Made by a program: the position numbers and the translations under genes
Shown here: one piece after another, positions 8,645 to 17,684 of the stretch
Layout of the letters: each line of letters opens with the position of its first letter
Numbering within the stretch: the stretch's first letter is position 1
Assembly: GCA_045126915.1 (NCBI GenBank)
Contig: JBGVPH010000012.1
Span: 9,264 to 73,263, forward strand
Length of the DNA: 64,000 nt
Direction of reading: 5' to 3'
From: Candidatus Cryptobacteroides sp.
Lineage (GTDB): Bacteria > Bacteroidota > Bacteroidia > Bacteroidales > UBA932
Notes under the pieces: model-generated
Told to the model about the DNA's origin: nothing
What the model saw: the letters and a program-made list of their open reading frames with translations, nothing else
The model's database searches: none

Positions 8645-10237
8645 TTACCAAGCGAAGTCGAAGACGATGTCGCGTGGAATACCTGCTCCGTTTACCTTTT
8701 CGATATCAGCTGCAAGAGCCTTGCGGATGCTTGCATTTTCTGCAGCATACTTCTGTGCGAACTCGAAGTTTCCGGTAGCCTGTGTCTCGAGGATGAGGCT
8801 TGCCCATGAGTCGACAGCTGCGGCTGCCTTCTCGAAGTCTATCACCCACTTGCCTTCTTTGTTGCGGGTGAATGCGCCATGATCCTCCATGTAGTTGTAG
8901 CACATCATGTTAGCCTTGCCGTGTGATGATGCGAAACCGAAACGTACTGAACGGACGATGCCGGCGATGAAGGTAGCGATTGACTCCTCCTTGGTGATGT
9001 CTGTGATCTCGCCCATATCTATGAGCTTGCTTACCATGAACAGACCGAGGATATCAGCCTTAGCCTCTTCCCATGAAGTCTTCTGGTCACCCATTGCCTG
9101 ATCTACAGTGCCCTTTCCGTTAACAGTCTGCTTTACACCAAGACCGTGAGCAACCTCGTGGAAAGTAACATTCCAGAAGAATGCATCTGCAGTAAGGTAC
9201 TTCTGCTGCTCAGGTGTAACGAGAACCTCTCCGATAGGAGCCATGATCTTGTCAAACTTAGCCATCATGCTGTTGTAAAGCTGAAGACGACGTGCACCCT
9301 TTGCTGCATGAACTCTCTCGTCGTTTGGAAGGTTGATTGCGATAGTCTTGCTTCCTCCGTTGCAGTCTCCTGCGTAGAAGATAGCATCATACACGTTGAG
9401 GTCAGATGATGTACCAGGTACGAAAGTCTTATACTCTGGTGCGCAAGGAAGCATTTTCTGGAGAGTAGGGAGAAGACCTACGTACTTTGCAAGATTGGCA
9501 CTGCGCTTCTCGTCCTTGAGAAGGATGAAGCACTCGTATGCTGCCTTCGCCTCGAAAAGATGATCATCATAGTTCTCGATAGGGCCAATCACAAGGTCCA
9601 TATTGCAGTCCTTCATGTCCATCCATGCAAGGTCACTGGCAAGATAATCGTCTGTGCGGAATGCCTTTACACGCTCAGTAAGGTAGGTGCGCATTCCCTC
9701 ATTCTCAGTGAGAGCTGCAGCTTCTTCAAGAAGTGCACATACCTTCTCAAGCTCTTCCTTGTACTCGTCGCGGTACCATACTGTCTTGAGAGCGCCGTTC
9801 TCATCACGACGTATTACTGTGTAAAGATTGAGCTTGTCAGGATCCTCGAATGCATTCCACTCCTCCATAGTCATATCCTGCGGATAGTACTGACATCCGA
9901 GTGGCTTCACTCCGTAACCCTCTACGAAAGGAGCATTGTTGTCAAGCTGATCCCAAGGACCGTAGTTGATCATTGCATATGCCCTTGCATATTCGTCTGT
10001 GAGAGCTTCCATTTCAGTCTTGTCGCCGTATGTCTGCTTCCAGAAGAGCTCATCCATGATTTCACCTGCCTGACGGAAAAGTGCAACGATCTTCTTGTCA
10101 TTCTCAGAGAGAGCATCGTAAAGAGGTGACTTTACCTCGACTACAGCATAGCTCTCAACCTTTTCTTTCACATCATCTGTGTTGTTGCACGCAAGCATAC
10201 AAAAAGCGGCCATCGTTAGAAATATTACCTTTTTCAT
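8645..10237 (-). CDS. dipeptidyl-peptidase III family (M49) zinc hydrolase, lipoprotein
   Basis: lipobox-like MLAC; GPIENYDD, AGD...KTIAINLPND, HEVAH zinc motif, EEAKAD. Confidence 0.8.
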   Translation of the reverse strand: MKKVIFLTMAAFCMLACNNTDDVKEKVESYAVVEVKSPLYDALSENDKKIVALFRQAGEIMDELFWKQTYGDKTEMEALTDEYARAYAMINYGPWDQLDNNAPFVEGYGVKPLGCQYYPQDMTMEEWNAFEDPDKLNLYTVIRRDENGALKTVWYRDEYKEELEKVCALLEEAAALTENEGMRTYLTERVKAFRTDDYLASDLAWMDMKDCNMDLVIGPIENYDDHLFEAKAAYECFILLKDEKRSANLAKYVGLLPTLQKMLPCAPEYKTFVPGTSSDLNVYDAIFYAGDCNGGSKTIAINLPNDERVHAAKGARRLQLYNSMMAKFDKIMAPIGEVLVTPEQQKYLTADAFFWNVTFHEVAHGLGVKQTVNGKGTVDQAMGDQKTSWEEAKADILGLFMVSKLIDMGEITDITKEESIATFIAGIVRSVRFGFASSHGKANMMCYNYMEDHGAFTRNKEGKWVIDFEKAAAAVDSWASLILETQATGNFEFAQKYAAENASIRKALAADIEKVNGAGIPRDIVFDFAW

Positions 10238-10258
10238 ATCGATCTGTCACTATTCTTT

Positions 10259-10431
10259 TAGGTCATCCTATATTTGAAAACCGTGGCCGCCCGTGGCCTC
10301 GTGAACGGTCGTGAGTGCCTTTAGAGAAAGTCCAGTGGACTTTCGTGCACGAGCAGAAGGGCTTTAGCCCGCCGGCGGGACCCGCACCGAAGGGGTGGGA
10401 GGGATTCAGTTTTCAAATATAGGATGACCTA
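10259..10431. mobile_element. MITE-like element (169 bp, 21-bp perfect TIRs, TA flanks)
   Basis: ggtcatcctatatttgaaaac (10261-10281) and its exact reverse complement (10409-10429), TA on both outer sides; GC-rich palindromic interior in AT-rich flanks; no transposase. Confidence 0.8.
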
Positions 10432-10453
10432 TAATAATTATAAATTGTGTCAA

Positions 10454-11206
10454 TTAGAATGAAGTAGCGATTGCGATGAAGCTGTCTGCCTTGAGGGCTG
10501 CACCACCGATAAGACCACCGTCGATGTCAGGGCATGCGAAGAGTTCCTTAGCGTTAGTAGGGTTGCATGAACCACCGTAAAGGATAGAAATCTCCTCAGC
10601 GAGTGCACCGAATTTCTCAGCAAGAACCTTGCGGATCTCAGCGTGGATCTCCTGAGCCTGCTCTGCTGTAGCAGTAAGACCTGTACCGATAGCCCAAACC
10701 GGCTCGTATGCAACGATAACGTTTGCCATCTGCTCTGGAGTGAGCTCGAAAAGAACGTTCTTAACCTGCTCGGTAACAACCTCGAAATGACGACCAGCCT
10801 CGCGCTCCTCCTTCTTCTCGCCGATGCAGAAAATTGGAGAAAGTCCCTGTGCAAGAGCGAGCTTCACCTTCTCAACAAGCTTAGCGTCAGTCTCACCATA
10901 GTACTCTCTTCTCTCAGAGTGACCAAGGATAACGTACTCGCAACCTACGCTCTGGAGCATGTTTACAGCAACCTCGCCAGTGTAAGCACCCTTCTCCTTG
11001 TCTGCGCAGTTCTGTGATGAAAGACCTACTGCAGAACCCTTTACTACCTCAGCTACTGGGTAGAGGTGAGTGAATGGAGGTGCAATGATAAGCTTAACGT
11101 CTGCCGGAACCTGTGCTGACTGCTCAACTACTGCCTTTGCGAGCTCTACGCCCTCTGCAACTGTTGTGTTCATTTTCCAGTTGCCTGCTACAATGTGTTT
11201 TCTCAT
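10454..11206 (-). CDS. tpiA: triosephosphate isomerase
   Basis: [37 protein letters not shown]. Confidence 0.98.
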   Translation of the reverse strand: MRKHIVAGNWKMNTTVAEGVELAKAVVEQSAQVPADVKLIIAPPFTHLYPVAEVVKGSAVGLSSQNCADKEKGAYTGEVAVNMLQSVGCEYVILGHSERREYYGETDAKLVEKVKLALAQGLSPIFCIGEKKEEREAGRHFEVVTEQVKNVLFELTPEQMANVIVAYEPVWAIGTGLTATAEQAQEIHAEIRKVLAEKFGALAEEISILYGGSCNPTNAKELFACPDIDGGLIGGAALKADSFIAIATSF

Positions 11207-11335
11207 GATAGTTTGAATTATTTAATTATCTGTTTTTCTATTTTCTAGCTGAAAATCGTGCAAATTTAACAGATTTTTCATAAATTTACGCGTTTTTACT
11301 CAGAAAACGCAATCAATAAAACAACCTTAATAATT

Positions 11336-13561
11336 ATGAAAAAAGTATTATGCGCATTGGCAGCCGGTGCAATGTTATTGCTTGGCTGTACTAAAGGGCT
11401 TGAGAATAGAGTATCAGTTCTTGAGCAGAAAGTGGCTTCTCTTGAAGAGATTGTGGCTGCTTTGGACGTTGAAATGGATGGTGTCAGCAATATCCTCTCA
11501 AACCTCCAGGATAAAGTTTATGTTACTGGTGTAACTGAATTGAAAGATGCAGCCGGTAATGTAACAGGTTACGAGATTTCATTCACTGAGGGTGAGCCTG
11601 TAGTCATTTCAAATGGTCAGACAGGTCCTCAGGGTGACAAGGGTGTAGCAGGTCTTACTCCAACTATCGATATGTTTGATGGTGAGTGGTACTGGAAGTA
11701 TGAAGGTGGCGATTGGATTCTCGATTCAAACGGAAAGAAGATCCCAGCAGTCAAGAAACTTGATTTTGAGATTGGTGCTGACGGACATCTCTATGTTACA
11801 ATCCAGGATGGCAGCAAGATCGATCTCGGCCTTGTAAAGGGTGCTGACGGTCAGAATGGTGCCCCAGGTGCTCCGGGTGCTCCGGGTGCTCCAGGTGCTC
11901 CGGGTGAGCAAGGAGATGCATGGTTTGACGCTGTTACAGTTGATGAAGAGGCTGGTGTAGTAACAATCAGCATCAAGGGTTCAGAGCATGACCTTGTGCT
12001 TCCTCTCTATCAGTTCACATTCAAGGTGACTGTTCCTGAGGCAGTTTCCGGTATGGTTGGTTCTACAGTAACTCTTTCTTATACAGTCAGTGAGTCTGCT
12101 GCTGCAACAACAGTAGTTCGCGCTTACCCTTCTGCAGGTCTTGAGGCAGTTGTTGACCGTGAAAACAGCACAGTTACAGTAACTCTTGGAACTGTTGCAG
12201 GATATGTGGATATGTATGCAATCAATAACGCGACAGGTGAGATCAAGGCTCAGACTCTAGAGATTGCCGCAGGTGACAAGCTCCTGGTGAATGTAACAGA
12301 GACTGAGATTAAGGCTTCACACCTTGGTGGAACAGTCGAGATACCTGTATCTACAGTTGTTGATTATGATGTAGTATCAGACGGTGCATGGTTGACATTT
12401 ACCGAGACTAAGGCTGCTGTACGTAATGAGACTATCGTTCTCACTGCAGAAGCAAATACAACAGCATCACGCAAGGCTAATGTGACTTTGAAGGAGAGGG
12501 GTACAGAAAACGTTCTTGCAACTTTCGCAGTATCTCAGAAGGCATTCGCAGCAGAGCTCGTTGGTGAATATCTTGAGACTTATTCAATGTATGGTCAGTC
12601 AATGACAGGTACACTCAAGATTCAGGAGTCTGATGATGAGACTAAGGGCCTTTATAAGGTCGTGATATGTGGATCAACTCTTTATGGTGACTATGAGTCA
12701 GGTAAGCTTAACCTCTACGACGGCAAGTATACAAGAACATTGACAGTAGCTGCTGATTTCTCAACATTGGAGATTGCTAATCTTAATCTTGGATACACCA
12801 CATATTCAAACTATACTGCATTCCTTCCATTGGGCGCTCCTGAGCTTACAGAAGAGGAATTGGCTCTCGTAGGAACATACAATGAAGCTTGGACTCACTC
12901 TAAGGCTACTCCAGCTGAGAATGGAATGGTTATCTCAGCAAGCGAGGAGGCTTCATTCGGACGTCTTTATGTTAAGTTCCTTGTTACAAGCGACGGTTCA
13001 GCATATCAGGGTTATGCAACATACGCAGACTCAAAGATTACAGTAGCTGTTGGCGGACAGTCACATCCTAAGCTTGGTACAATCTGGGATCCATCAGCAG
13101 TGATCGTTCTTACTGTAAATGCAGACGGAACTATTACAATGCCTGCTTGGAGGGATGGCAACTACAATGAGTTGAAGGACTATGTTGCAACTAAGGTAGG
13201 AGGTTCTGACGAGGGTGAAGGCGAAGGCGGTGAAGCTACAGTCAATCCTCTCGCTGCTGCAGTTGTAGGTGAATATACAGAGTCTGGCTTCTCTGGCTAT
13301 CCGGCACCAGGCAAGTTGACAGTTTCGCTTAGTGAAGATCCTTCAAAGGGTGACCTTAAGATAGTGTTTGGATTTGATACAACAGTATTCTATGCTACTG
13401 TAAGTGGCGATGCAAATACTACAATCATCACTATTCCTCAGACCGACACAACTATGTGGGGTCCTGTTTCAGCGAATTTGACTTTCATCCCTTCAGCTAA
13501 ATATATTTACGGTACTGTAATTTATGGCTGGGGAAGTATTACTACATACAGTGCTATGTAG
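11336..13561 (+). CDS. modular surface lipoprotein: DUF4988-like N-terminus with collagen-like Gly-X-Y, BACON-like domain, three C-terminal repeats
   Basis: lipobox LLGC; NGQTGPQGDKG...TPTI...GEWYW...GDWILD; (GAP)5; VVSDGAWL...EANTTASRKANVTL; three modules starting LVGEY/LVGTY/VVGEY. Confidence 0.7.
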   Translation: MKKVLCALAAGAMLLLGCTKGLENRVSVLEQKVASLEEIVAALDVEMDGVSNILSNLQDKVYVTGVTELKDAAGNVTGYEISFTEGEPVVISNGQTGPQGDKGVAGLTPTIDMFDGEWYWKYEGGDWILDSNGKKIPAVKKLDFEIGADGHLYVTIQDGSKIDLGLVKGADGQNGAPGAPGAPGAPGAPGEQGDAWFDAVTVDEEAGVVTISIKGSEHDLVLPLYQFTFKVTVPEAVSGMVGSTVTLSYTVSESAAATTVVRAYPSAGLEAVVDRENSTVTVTLGTVAGYVDMYAINNATGEIKAQTLEIAAGDKLLVNVTETEIKASHLGGTVEIPVSTVVDYDVVSDGAWLTFTETKAAVRNETIVLTAEANTTASRKANVTLKERGTENVLATFAVSQKAFAAELVGEYLETYSMYGQSMTGTLKIQESDDETKGLYKVVICGSTLYGDYESGKLNLYDGKYTRTLTVAADFSTLEIANLNLGYTTYSNYTAFLPLGAPELTEEELALVGTYNEAWTHSKATPAENGMVISASEEASFGRLYVKFLVTSDGSAYQGYATYADSKITVAVGGQSHPKLGTIWDPSAVIVLTVNADGTITMPAWRDGNYNELKDYVATKVGGSDEGEGEGGEATVNPLAAAVVGEYTESGFSGYPAPGKLTVSLSEDPSKGDLKIVFGFDTTVFYATVSGDANTTIITIPQTDTTMWGPVSANLTFIPSAKYIYGTVIYGWGSITTYSAM
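11858..11902 (+). repeat. in-frame 9-bp tandem repeat (GGTGCYCCR x5, Gly-Ala-Pro)
   Basis: ggtgcccca ggtgctccg ggtgctccg ggtgctcca ggtgctccg. Confidence 0.9.
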
Positions 13562-13586
13562 GAATGGTCGTCTTGACTTATATTTG

Positions 13587-13615
13587 AGCGCGGACCGAGG
13601 TCCGCGCTTTTCTTT
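13587..13615 (+). terminator. intrinsic terminator of the lipoprotein gene
   Basis: agcgcggacc/ggtccgcgct stem followed by tttcttt. Confidence 0.75.
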
Positions 13616-13648
13616 CGAATAGGCTGAGATCAGTCAATCATAAACAGA

Positions 13649-13675
13649 AACGGCATCCCGATTTGGGATGCCGTT
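13649..13675 (-). terminator. intrinsic terminator of the Hc1-like gene
   Basis: aacggcatccc/gggatgccgtt 11-bp stem, then tctgttt on the minus strand. Confidence 0.7.
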
Positions 13676-13699
13676 ATTCTTTCGACTGAAATGATTGAC

Positions 13700-13873
13700 T
13701 TATTTCGCTGCCTCGTTAGAAGCCTTTCTAAAGTCCTTCATAGCCTTCATAAGGTTAAGAGCTGCCTTACGAGCGCGTGCGCCAGCTGCCTTATTTCCTT
13801 TCTCTACCTGAGCGTCTGCGTTCTTTACGAATACTTCATACTCGGCCTTGATCTGATCTACAAGTGCTTTCAT
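13700..13873 (-). CDS. histone H1-like nucleoid protein (Hc1-like, 57 aa; absent from the ORF track)
   Basis: my translation: MKALVDQIKAEYEVFVKNADAQVEKGNKAAGARARKAALNLMKAMKDFRKASNEAAK*; GNKAAGARARK is typical of the Bacteroidetes Hc1-like family; has its own terminator. Confidence 0.85.
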   Translation of the reverse strand: MKALVDQIKAEYEVFVKNADAQVEKGNKAAGARARKAALNLMKAMKDFRKASNEAAK

Positions 13874-13986
13874 TGTGTTCTAATTTTAGTGTTCGTTAAA
13901 CATTAAGCATCAAAAACTTCAGCCAAGTTATGGATAATCATTTAATTTTCCAAAAAATGCTGATAAAAAATCACGTAAATTGTTGG

Positions 13987-14562
13987 TTATTGTACTTTTG
14001 GCTTGGTATTGACAGTATTCATGGCCCTGTCGACACCTATTGTAGCCCAAGCCTTCACTCCATCTATGACTCTCTTGCTGATGTCTTCCATGTCGAGAAG
14101 TTCTTCTTTGCTCAACTCTCCGAGTACATAATTGACCTGCTGGCCTCTGCCGAATTCATTTCCGATACCGACTCTGATTCTTGCATAGTCCTGTGTACCA
14201 ATCATCTCGTTGATGTTGGTGAGTCCGTTGTGACCGCCTGCACTTCCATTCTTGCGAAGGCGCAGGGTGCCGAACGGAATGTTGAGGTCATCCGAGATGA
14301 CGATAAGATTCTCCACGGGAATCTTTAGTTCGTTCATCCAGTAGCGCACAGCCTTTCCGCTGAGGTTCATATATGTCGAAGGCTTAAGAAGATGGAACTT
14401 CCTGCCTTTGAAGGGAACAACGGCCATATAGCCATATCTGCCAGACTCAAAAACAATATTGGATGCCTGTGCCCAAGCATCCAATACCATGAATCCCATG
14501 TTGTGTCTGGTGTTGGCATATTCGACGCCGATGTTTCCTAGACCGACGACCAAATAATTCAT
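13987..14562 (-). CDS. pth: peptidyl-tRNA hydrolase
   Basis: VGLGNIG, TRHNMGF, KPSTYMNLSG, GSAGGHNGL. Confidence 0.97.
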   Translation of the reverse strand: MNYLVVGLGNIGVEYANTRHNMGFMVLDAWAQASNIVFESGRYGYMAVVPFKGRKFHLLKPSTYMNLSGKAVRYWMNELKIPVENLIVISDDLNIPFGTLRLRKNGSAGGHNGLTNINEMIGTQDYARIRVGIGNEFGRGQQVNYVLGELSKEELLDMEDISKRVIDGVKAWATIGVDRAMNTVNTKPKVQ

Positions 14563-14573
14563 ACCAGGTCAGA

Positions 14574-15170
14574 TTACTTCTTCTTACCAGTAGCCTGCTG
14601 CTCCATCTTAGCCTGCTGAGTAGCACGGGTAGGACGAACTGAGCAGATGATAGTAGCTCTTGGAGATACGATAGTAACGCCGTCAAAGTTGAGGTCACCA
14701 GCAACGATCTGCTTGCCGATCATGAGGTGAGTTGAGTCAACCTCGAGTACGTCAGGAAGCTTGTTCATCATAGCGCTTACGCGGAGCTTGCGGCTTGAAA
14801 CGAGGAGCTTACCACCCATCTTGACACCCTCTGAGTGACCGGTAACGATAACAGGAACCTCGATAGTAACTGGCTTCTCTTCGCATACTGCAAGGAAATC
14901 TACGTGAAGAGCCTCGTCGGTAACAGGATGATACTGTACCTCGTGAAGCACTGCATAAAGCTTCTTGCCATCGTTGAGCTCGAGGTCAATGATGTATGAG
15001 TTAGGAGTGTGAGTGATAGTCTTGAGATCCTGAGCATCGATAGTGAAGAGGATGTTCTCCATTCCGAGTCCATAGATGTTGCATGGAACCTGTCCTGCTC
15101 TGCGTACAGCCTTTACTGCTGCCTTGTTGCCGGCCTCTCGAACCTGGCCTTTGAGTTCAATGTGTTTCAT
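14574..15170 (-). CDS. rplY: 50S ribosomal protein L25/general stress protein CTC
   Basis: VRRAGQVPCNIYG, EVQYHPVTDEALHVDF, GVKMGGKL; conserved linkage to pth. Confidence 0.95.
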   Translation of the reverse strand: MKHIELKGQVREAGNKAAVKAVRRAGQVPCNIYGLGMENILFTIDAQDLKTITHTPNSYIIDLELNDGKKLYAVLHEVQYHPVTDEALHVDFLAVCEEKPVTIEVPVIVTGHSEGVKMGGKLLVSSRKLRVSAMMNKLPDVLEVDSTHLMIGKQIVAGDLNFDGVTIVSPRATIICSVRPTRATQQAKMEQQATGKKK

Positions 15171-15303
15171 TGTTTTGTAAATAGTTAAAATGTGTTACTC
15201 AGTTTTTTCTTTAAAACTCCTGTCGGTTTTTAAAGAAAAACCCCATTGCACCAAAAAGCACCCGCTTTTTAGCTCCCCTTTATTTTAAGGGGCGGCAAAG
15301 ATA
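15171..15303 (-). promoter_or_regulatory. rplY promoter and structured 5' leader
   Basis: tatctttg box at 15296-15303 (minus); hairpins cccctt/aagggg (15275-15292) and a 13-bp stem 15204-15216/15228-15240. Confidence 0.5.
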
Positions 15304-15312
15304 AAAATAAAT

Positions 15313-16257
15313 TTAGAGAGATGCAAGACAATCAGTTACATTCTTTTCGATGCGTGCAAGGATGTCTGTTCCTTCCGCTTTTTCGAATGTTTCGCCTGTG
15401 ATGTTCTCGTAGAGCTCGATATATCTTTCTGTAATGCCGTTTACGATTTCTTCGGTCATCTCAGGAACCTGCTGTCCTTCCTGTCCCTGGAAGCCGTTTG
15501 CCATAAGCCACTCACGTACGAACTCCTTTGAAAGCTGCTTCTGCTTTTCTCCTGCAGCAAGACGTTCTGCATAACCTTCTGCGTAGAAGTATCTTGAAGA
15601 GTCTGGAGTGTGGATCTCGTCCATAAGGTAGATCTTACCGTCCTTCTTTCCAAACTCGTACTTTGTGTCAACGAGTATAAGACCCATTTTGGCAGCAATC
15701 TCTGTTCCTCTCTGGAAAATAGCCTGTGTATATGCCTCGAGCTGTTCGTAATCTTCCTTGCTTACGATGCCCTGAGCGATGATTTCTTCCTTAGAGATGT
15801 CTTCGTCATGACCCTCTGCTGCCTTTGTGGTAGGAGTGATGATAGGTGTAGGGAACTTCTGATTCTCAACCATTCCCTCAGGCATCTCTACTCCACAGAT
15901 TGTGCGCTTTCCGGCCTTGTACTCTCTCCATGCATGGCCTGAAAGATAGCCTCGGATAACCATCTCAACCTTGAATGGCTCGCATTTGTGACCTACTGTA
16001 ACCATAGGGTCGGGAGTAGCAACCTTCCAGTTAGGGAGGATGTCAGTTGTTGCATCAAGGAATTTCGCGGCAATCTGGTTGAGTACCTGTCCCTTGAAAG
16101 GAATACCCTTAGGAAGTACTACATCGAATGCAGAAATTCGGTCAGATACTACCATTACAAGATACTCGTCATTGATGCTGTACACGTCGCGAACCTTTCC
16201 TACATAGTGGCCTGTCTGGCCAGGAAAGTTAAAGTCGGTCTTTACAATTGCTTCCAT
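15313..16257 (-). CDS. purC: phosphoribosylaminoimidazolesuccinocarboxamide (SAICAR) synthase
   Basis: [45 protein letters not shown]. Confidence 0.96.
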   Translation of the reverse strand: MEAIVKTDFNFPGQTGHYVGKVRDVYSINDEYLVMVVSDRISAFDVVLPKGIPFKGQVLNQIAAKFLDATTDILPNWKVATPDPMVTVGHKCEPFKVEMVIRGYLSGHAWREYKAGKRTICGVEMPEGMVENQKFPTPIITPTTKAAEGHDEDISKEEIIAQGIVSKEDYEQLEAYTQAIFQRGTEIAAKMGLILVDTKYEFGKKDGKIYLMDEIHTPDSSRYFYAEGYAERLAAGEKQKQLSKEFVREWLMANGFQGQEGQQVPEMTEEIVNGITERYIELYENITGETFEKAEGTDILARIEKNVTDCLASL

Positions 16258-16310
16258 TATTATGTGTGTTTTGTTGTTCGATTGAATAGACGGCGCGAAG
16301 ATAGTAAATC

Positions 16311-17222
16311 TTATTCATATTCCGTCAGTTTGAGACGGTATTTCCTGCTGCCGAGGTTGATGTAGAAGAGAATGCCGGTCGGGGCCGGCATTGACGTTGA
16401 ATCCGGGGCCGGCAATGATATGGAGTCGCGATCCGGCAATGACGTCGGTTGTCTTTGCATATCAGGGCCGATTTTGAATGTGACAGGAGTTTTGCATCCC
16501 TCGGAAATGAATCCCAACTGTTCATAGACCTTTCCTTCAGACCATTCCAGGTCTGCATAGCTCATGATGTCATCTGGCTGGATGTCTTTTATGAATGCAT
16601 TCAGGAGCTTGCCCATACCTCCGTTTACTCTTACTTTCGGAATGGATGCATATCTGGTCCATTCATATGAGCGTATGGTCTTGTCTCCTTTTATCCATTT
16701 GCGTGCATTTGAGAAGGTGGCTGTTGCGACGAGTGTGCCGGGCTCGTATCCGGATGCTTCTCCATATGTTGCAATATGTCCTGTGTGGCGTTTGAGGAAG
16801 AGTCCGTAGCGGAACCTGCAAGCGGCATCTCCATAACTGTGATTGTCGTTCAGGAAGGTTGCGGCTTCTGATTTATCGATGCGCCTGACTTCACAGTTGC
16901 GGGCATAGACAGGAAAGAATATCTCCAGATGTGAGAGAATGCGTTTCTTCATCATGTCGTTATGTACGACCCATCGGTCTTCGGTGATGATGAGCGGGTA
17001 TGCTCCGTGGCGTTCGGTCAGGATCCTGACGGCATCCTGCAGGCTTTTCTGCTGGGCTTCTGCTTCGGACATGTCCTTTGCCTTGATTTCAACCGGCAGG
17101 ACTGCGCGGATGTTTCCATTCCTGAGGCATGCTGTGATGACATCGAATGCTCCGATTCTTTTTACGCAGCACCTGATGCCTTTTTCTTCCAGAAACCCAC
17201 ATATGTCCTTACTCAGTTCCAT
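16311..17222 (-). CDS. uncharacterised protein resembling phage Hef-like endonucleases, with a GNAT/Mom-like C-terminal half
   Basis: [68 protein letters not shown]; start set at MELSKD (17222), since a -7 box lies just upstream. Confidence 0.55.
   Translation of the reverse strand: MELSKDICGFLEEKGIRCCVKRIGAFDVITACLRNGNIRAVLPVEIKAKDMSEAEAQQKSLQDAVRILTERHGAYPLIITEDRWVVHNDMMKKRILSHLEIFFPVYARNCEVRRIDKSEAATFLNDNHSYGDAACRFRYGLFLKRHTGHIATYGEASGYEPGTLVATATFSNARKWIKGDKTIRSYEWTRYASIPKVRVNGGMGKLLNAFIKDIQPDDIMSYADLEWSEGKVYEQLGFISEGCKTPVTFKIGPDMQRQPTSLPDRDSISLPAPDSTSMPAPTGILFYINLGSRKYRLKLTEYE
16370..16444. repeat. three 24-bp REP-derived tandem units inside the CDS
   Basis: ccggcattgacg (16385), ccggcaatgata (16409), ccggcaatgacg (16433), period 24; encode [24 protein letters not shown]. 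Confidence 0.75.
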
Positions 17223-17227
17223 AGCTG

Positions 17228-17257
17228 CAAATATACCACTAAAATTATTTATTTTTG
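17228..17257. promoter_or_regulatory. back-to-back divergent -7 promoter boxes
   Basis: tatatttg on minus (17228-17235) and tatttttg on plus (17250-17257) within a 51-bp intergenic gap. Confidence 0.55.
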
Positions 17258-17273
17258 CATCAGCAAGCAACGT

Positions 17274-17684
17274 ATGATAATGGAAGAACTAAACAAGGAT
17301 CTGCCGGGAATGGCACAGGATGGAATTCATGCAGGATTTCCATCGCCGGCTACCGATTATATGACTCAGGCGATCGATCTGAACAAGGAACTGGTAAGGC
17401 ATCCTGCCGCTACATTCTACGGAAGGGTAGTGGGGGATTCCATGATTGATGCAGGAGTCGAGGAAGGAGATATACTGGTGATAGACAGGTCGTTGGAGCC
17501 ACAGGACGGAGATATGGCAGTATGCTTTGTGGATGGTGAATTCACTCTCAAGCGTCTCTGCTTCACTGAAGGTGCTTTGAAACTTGTTCCAGCCAACCCT
17601 GACTATCCGGAAATTGAAATAACAGAGGGAGTCAAGTTCATTATGTGGGGAGTCGTTACTTATGTAATCAAGAAGGTGAGATAA
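17274..17684 (+). CDS. umuD: UmuD (S24 peptidase, DNA polymerase V subunit)
   Basis: AGFPSPA cleavage-site motif, IDLN.ELV.HP.ATF, GDSM (Ser), FTLKR (Lys); start trimmed from the ORF track's 16962. Confidence 0.92.
   Translation: MIMEELNKDLPGMAQDGIHAGFPSPATDYMTQAIDLNKELVRHPAATFYGRVVGDSMIDAGVEEGDILVIDRSLEPQDGDMAVCFVDGEFTLKRLCFTEGALKLVPANPDYPEIEITEGVKFIMWGVVTYVIKKVR

Noticed and set aside
10325-10345. RNase P RNA (GAAAGTCC motif)
   Set aside because: The motif is half of a short palindrome inside the MITE; the region is too short and lacks the other RNase P conserved elements
16962-17273. N-terminal extension of UmuD as given in the ORF track
   Set aside because: It overlaps the opposite-strand gene; the UmuD motifs and a promoter box support a start at 17274/17280. 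Extended starts for polA, apbE, fba and gmk were trimmed for the same kind of reason
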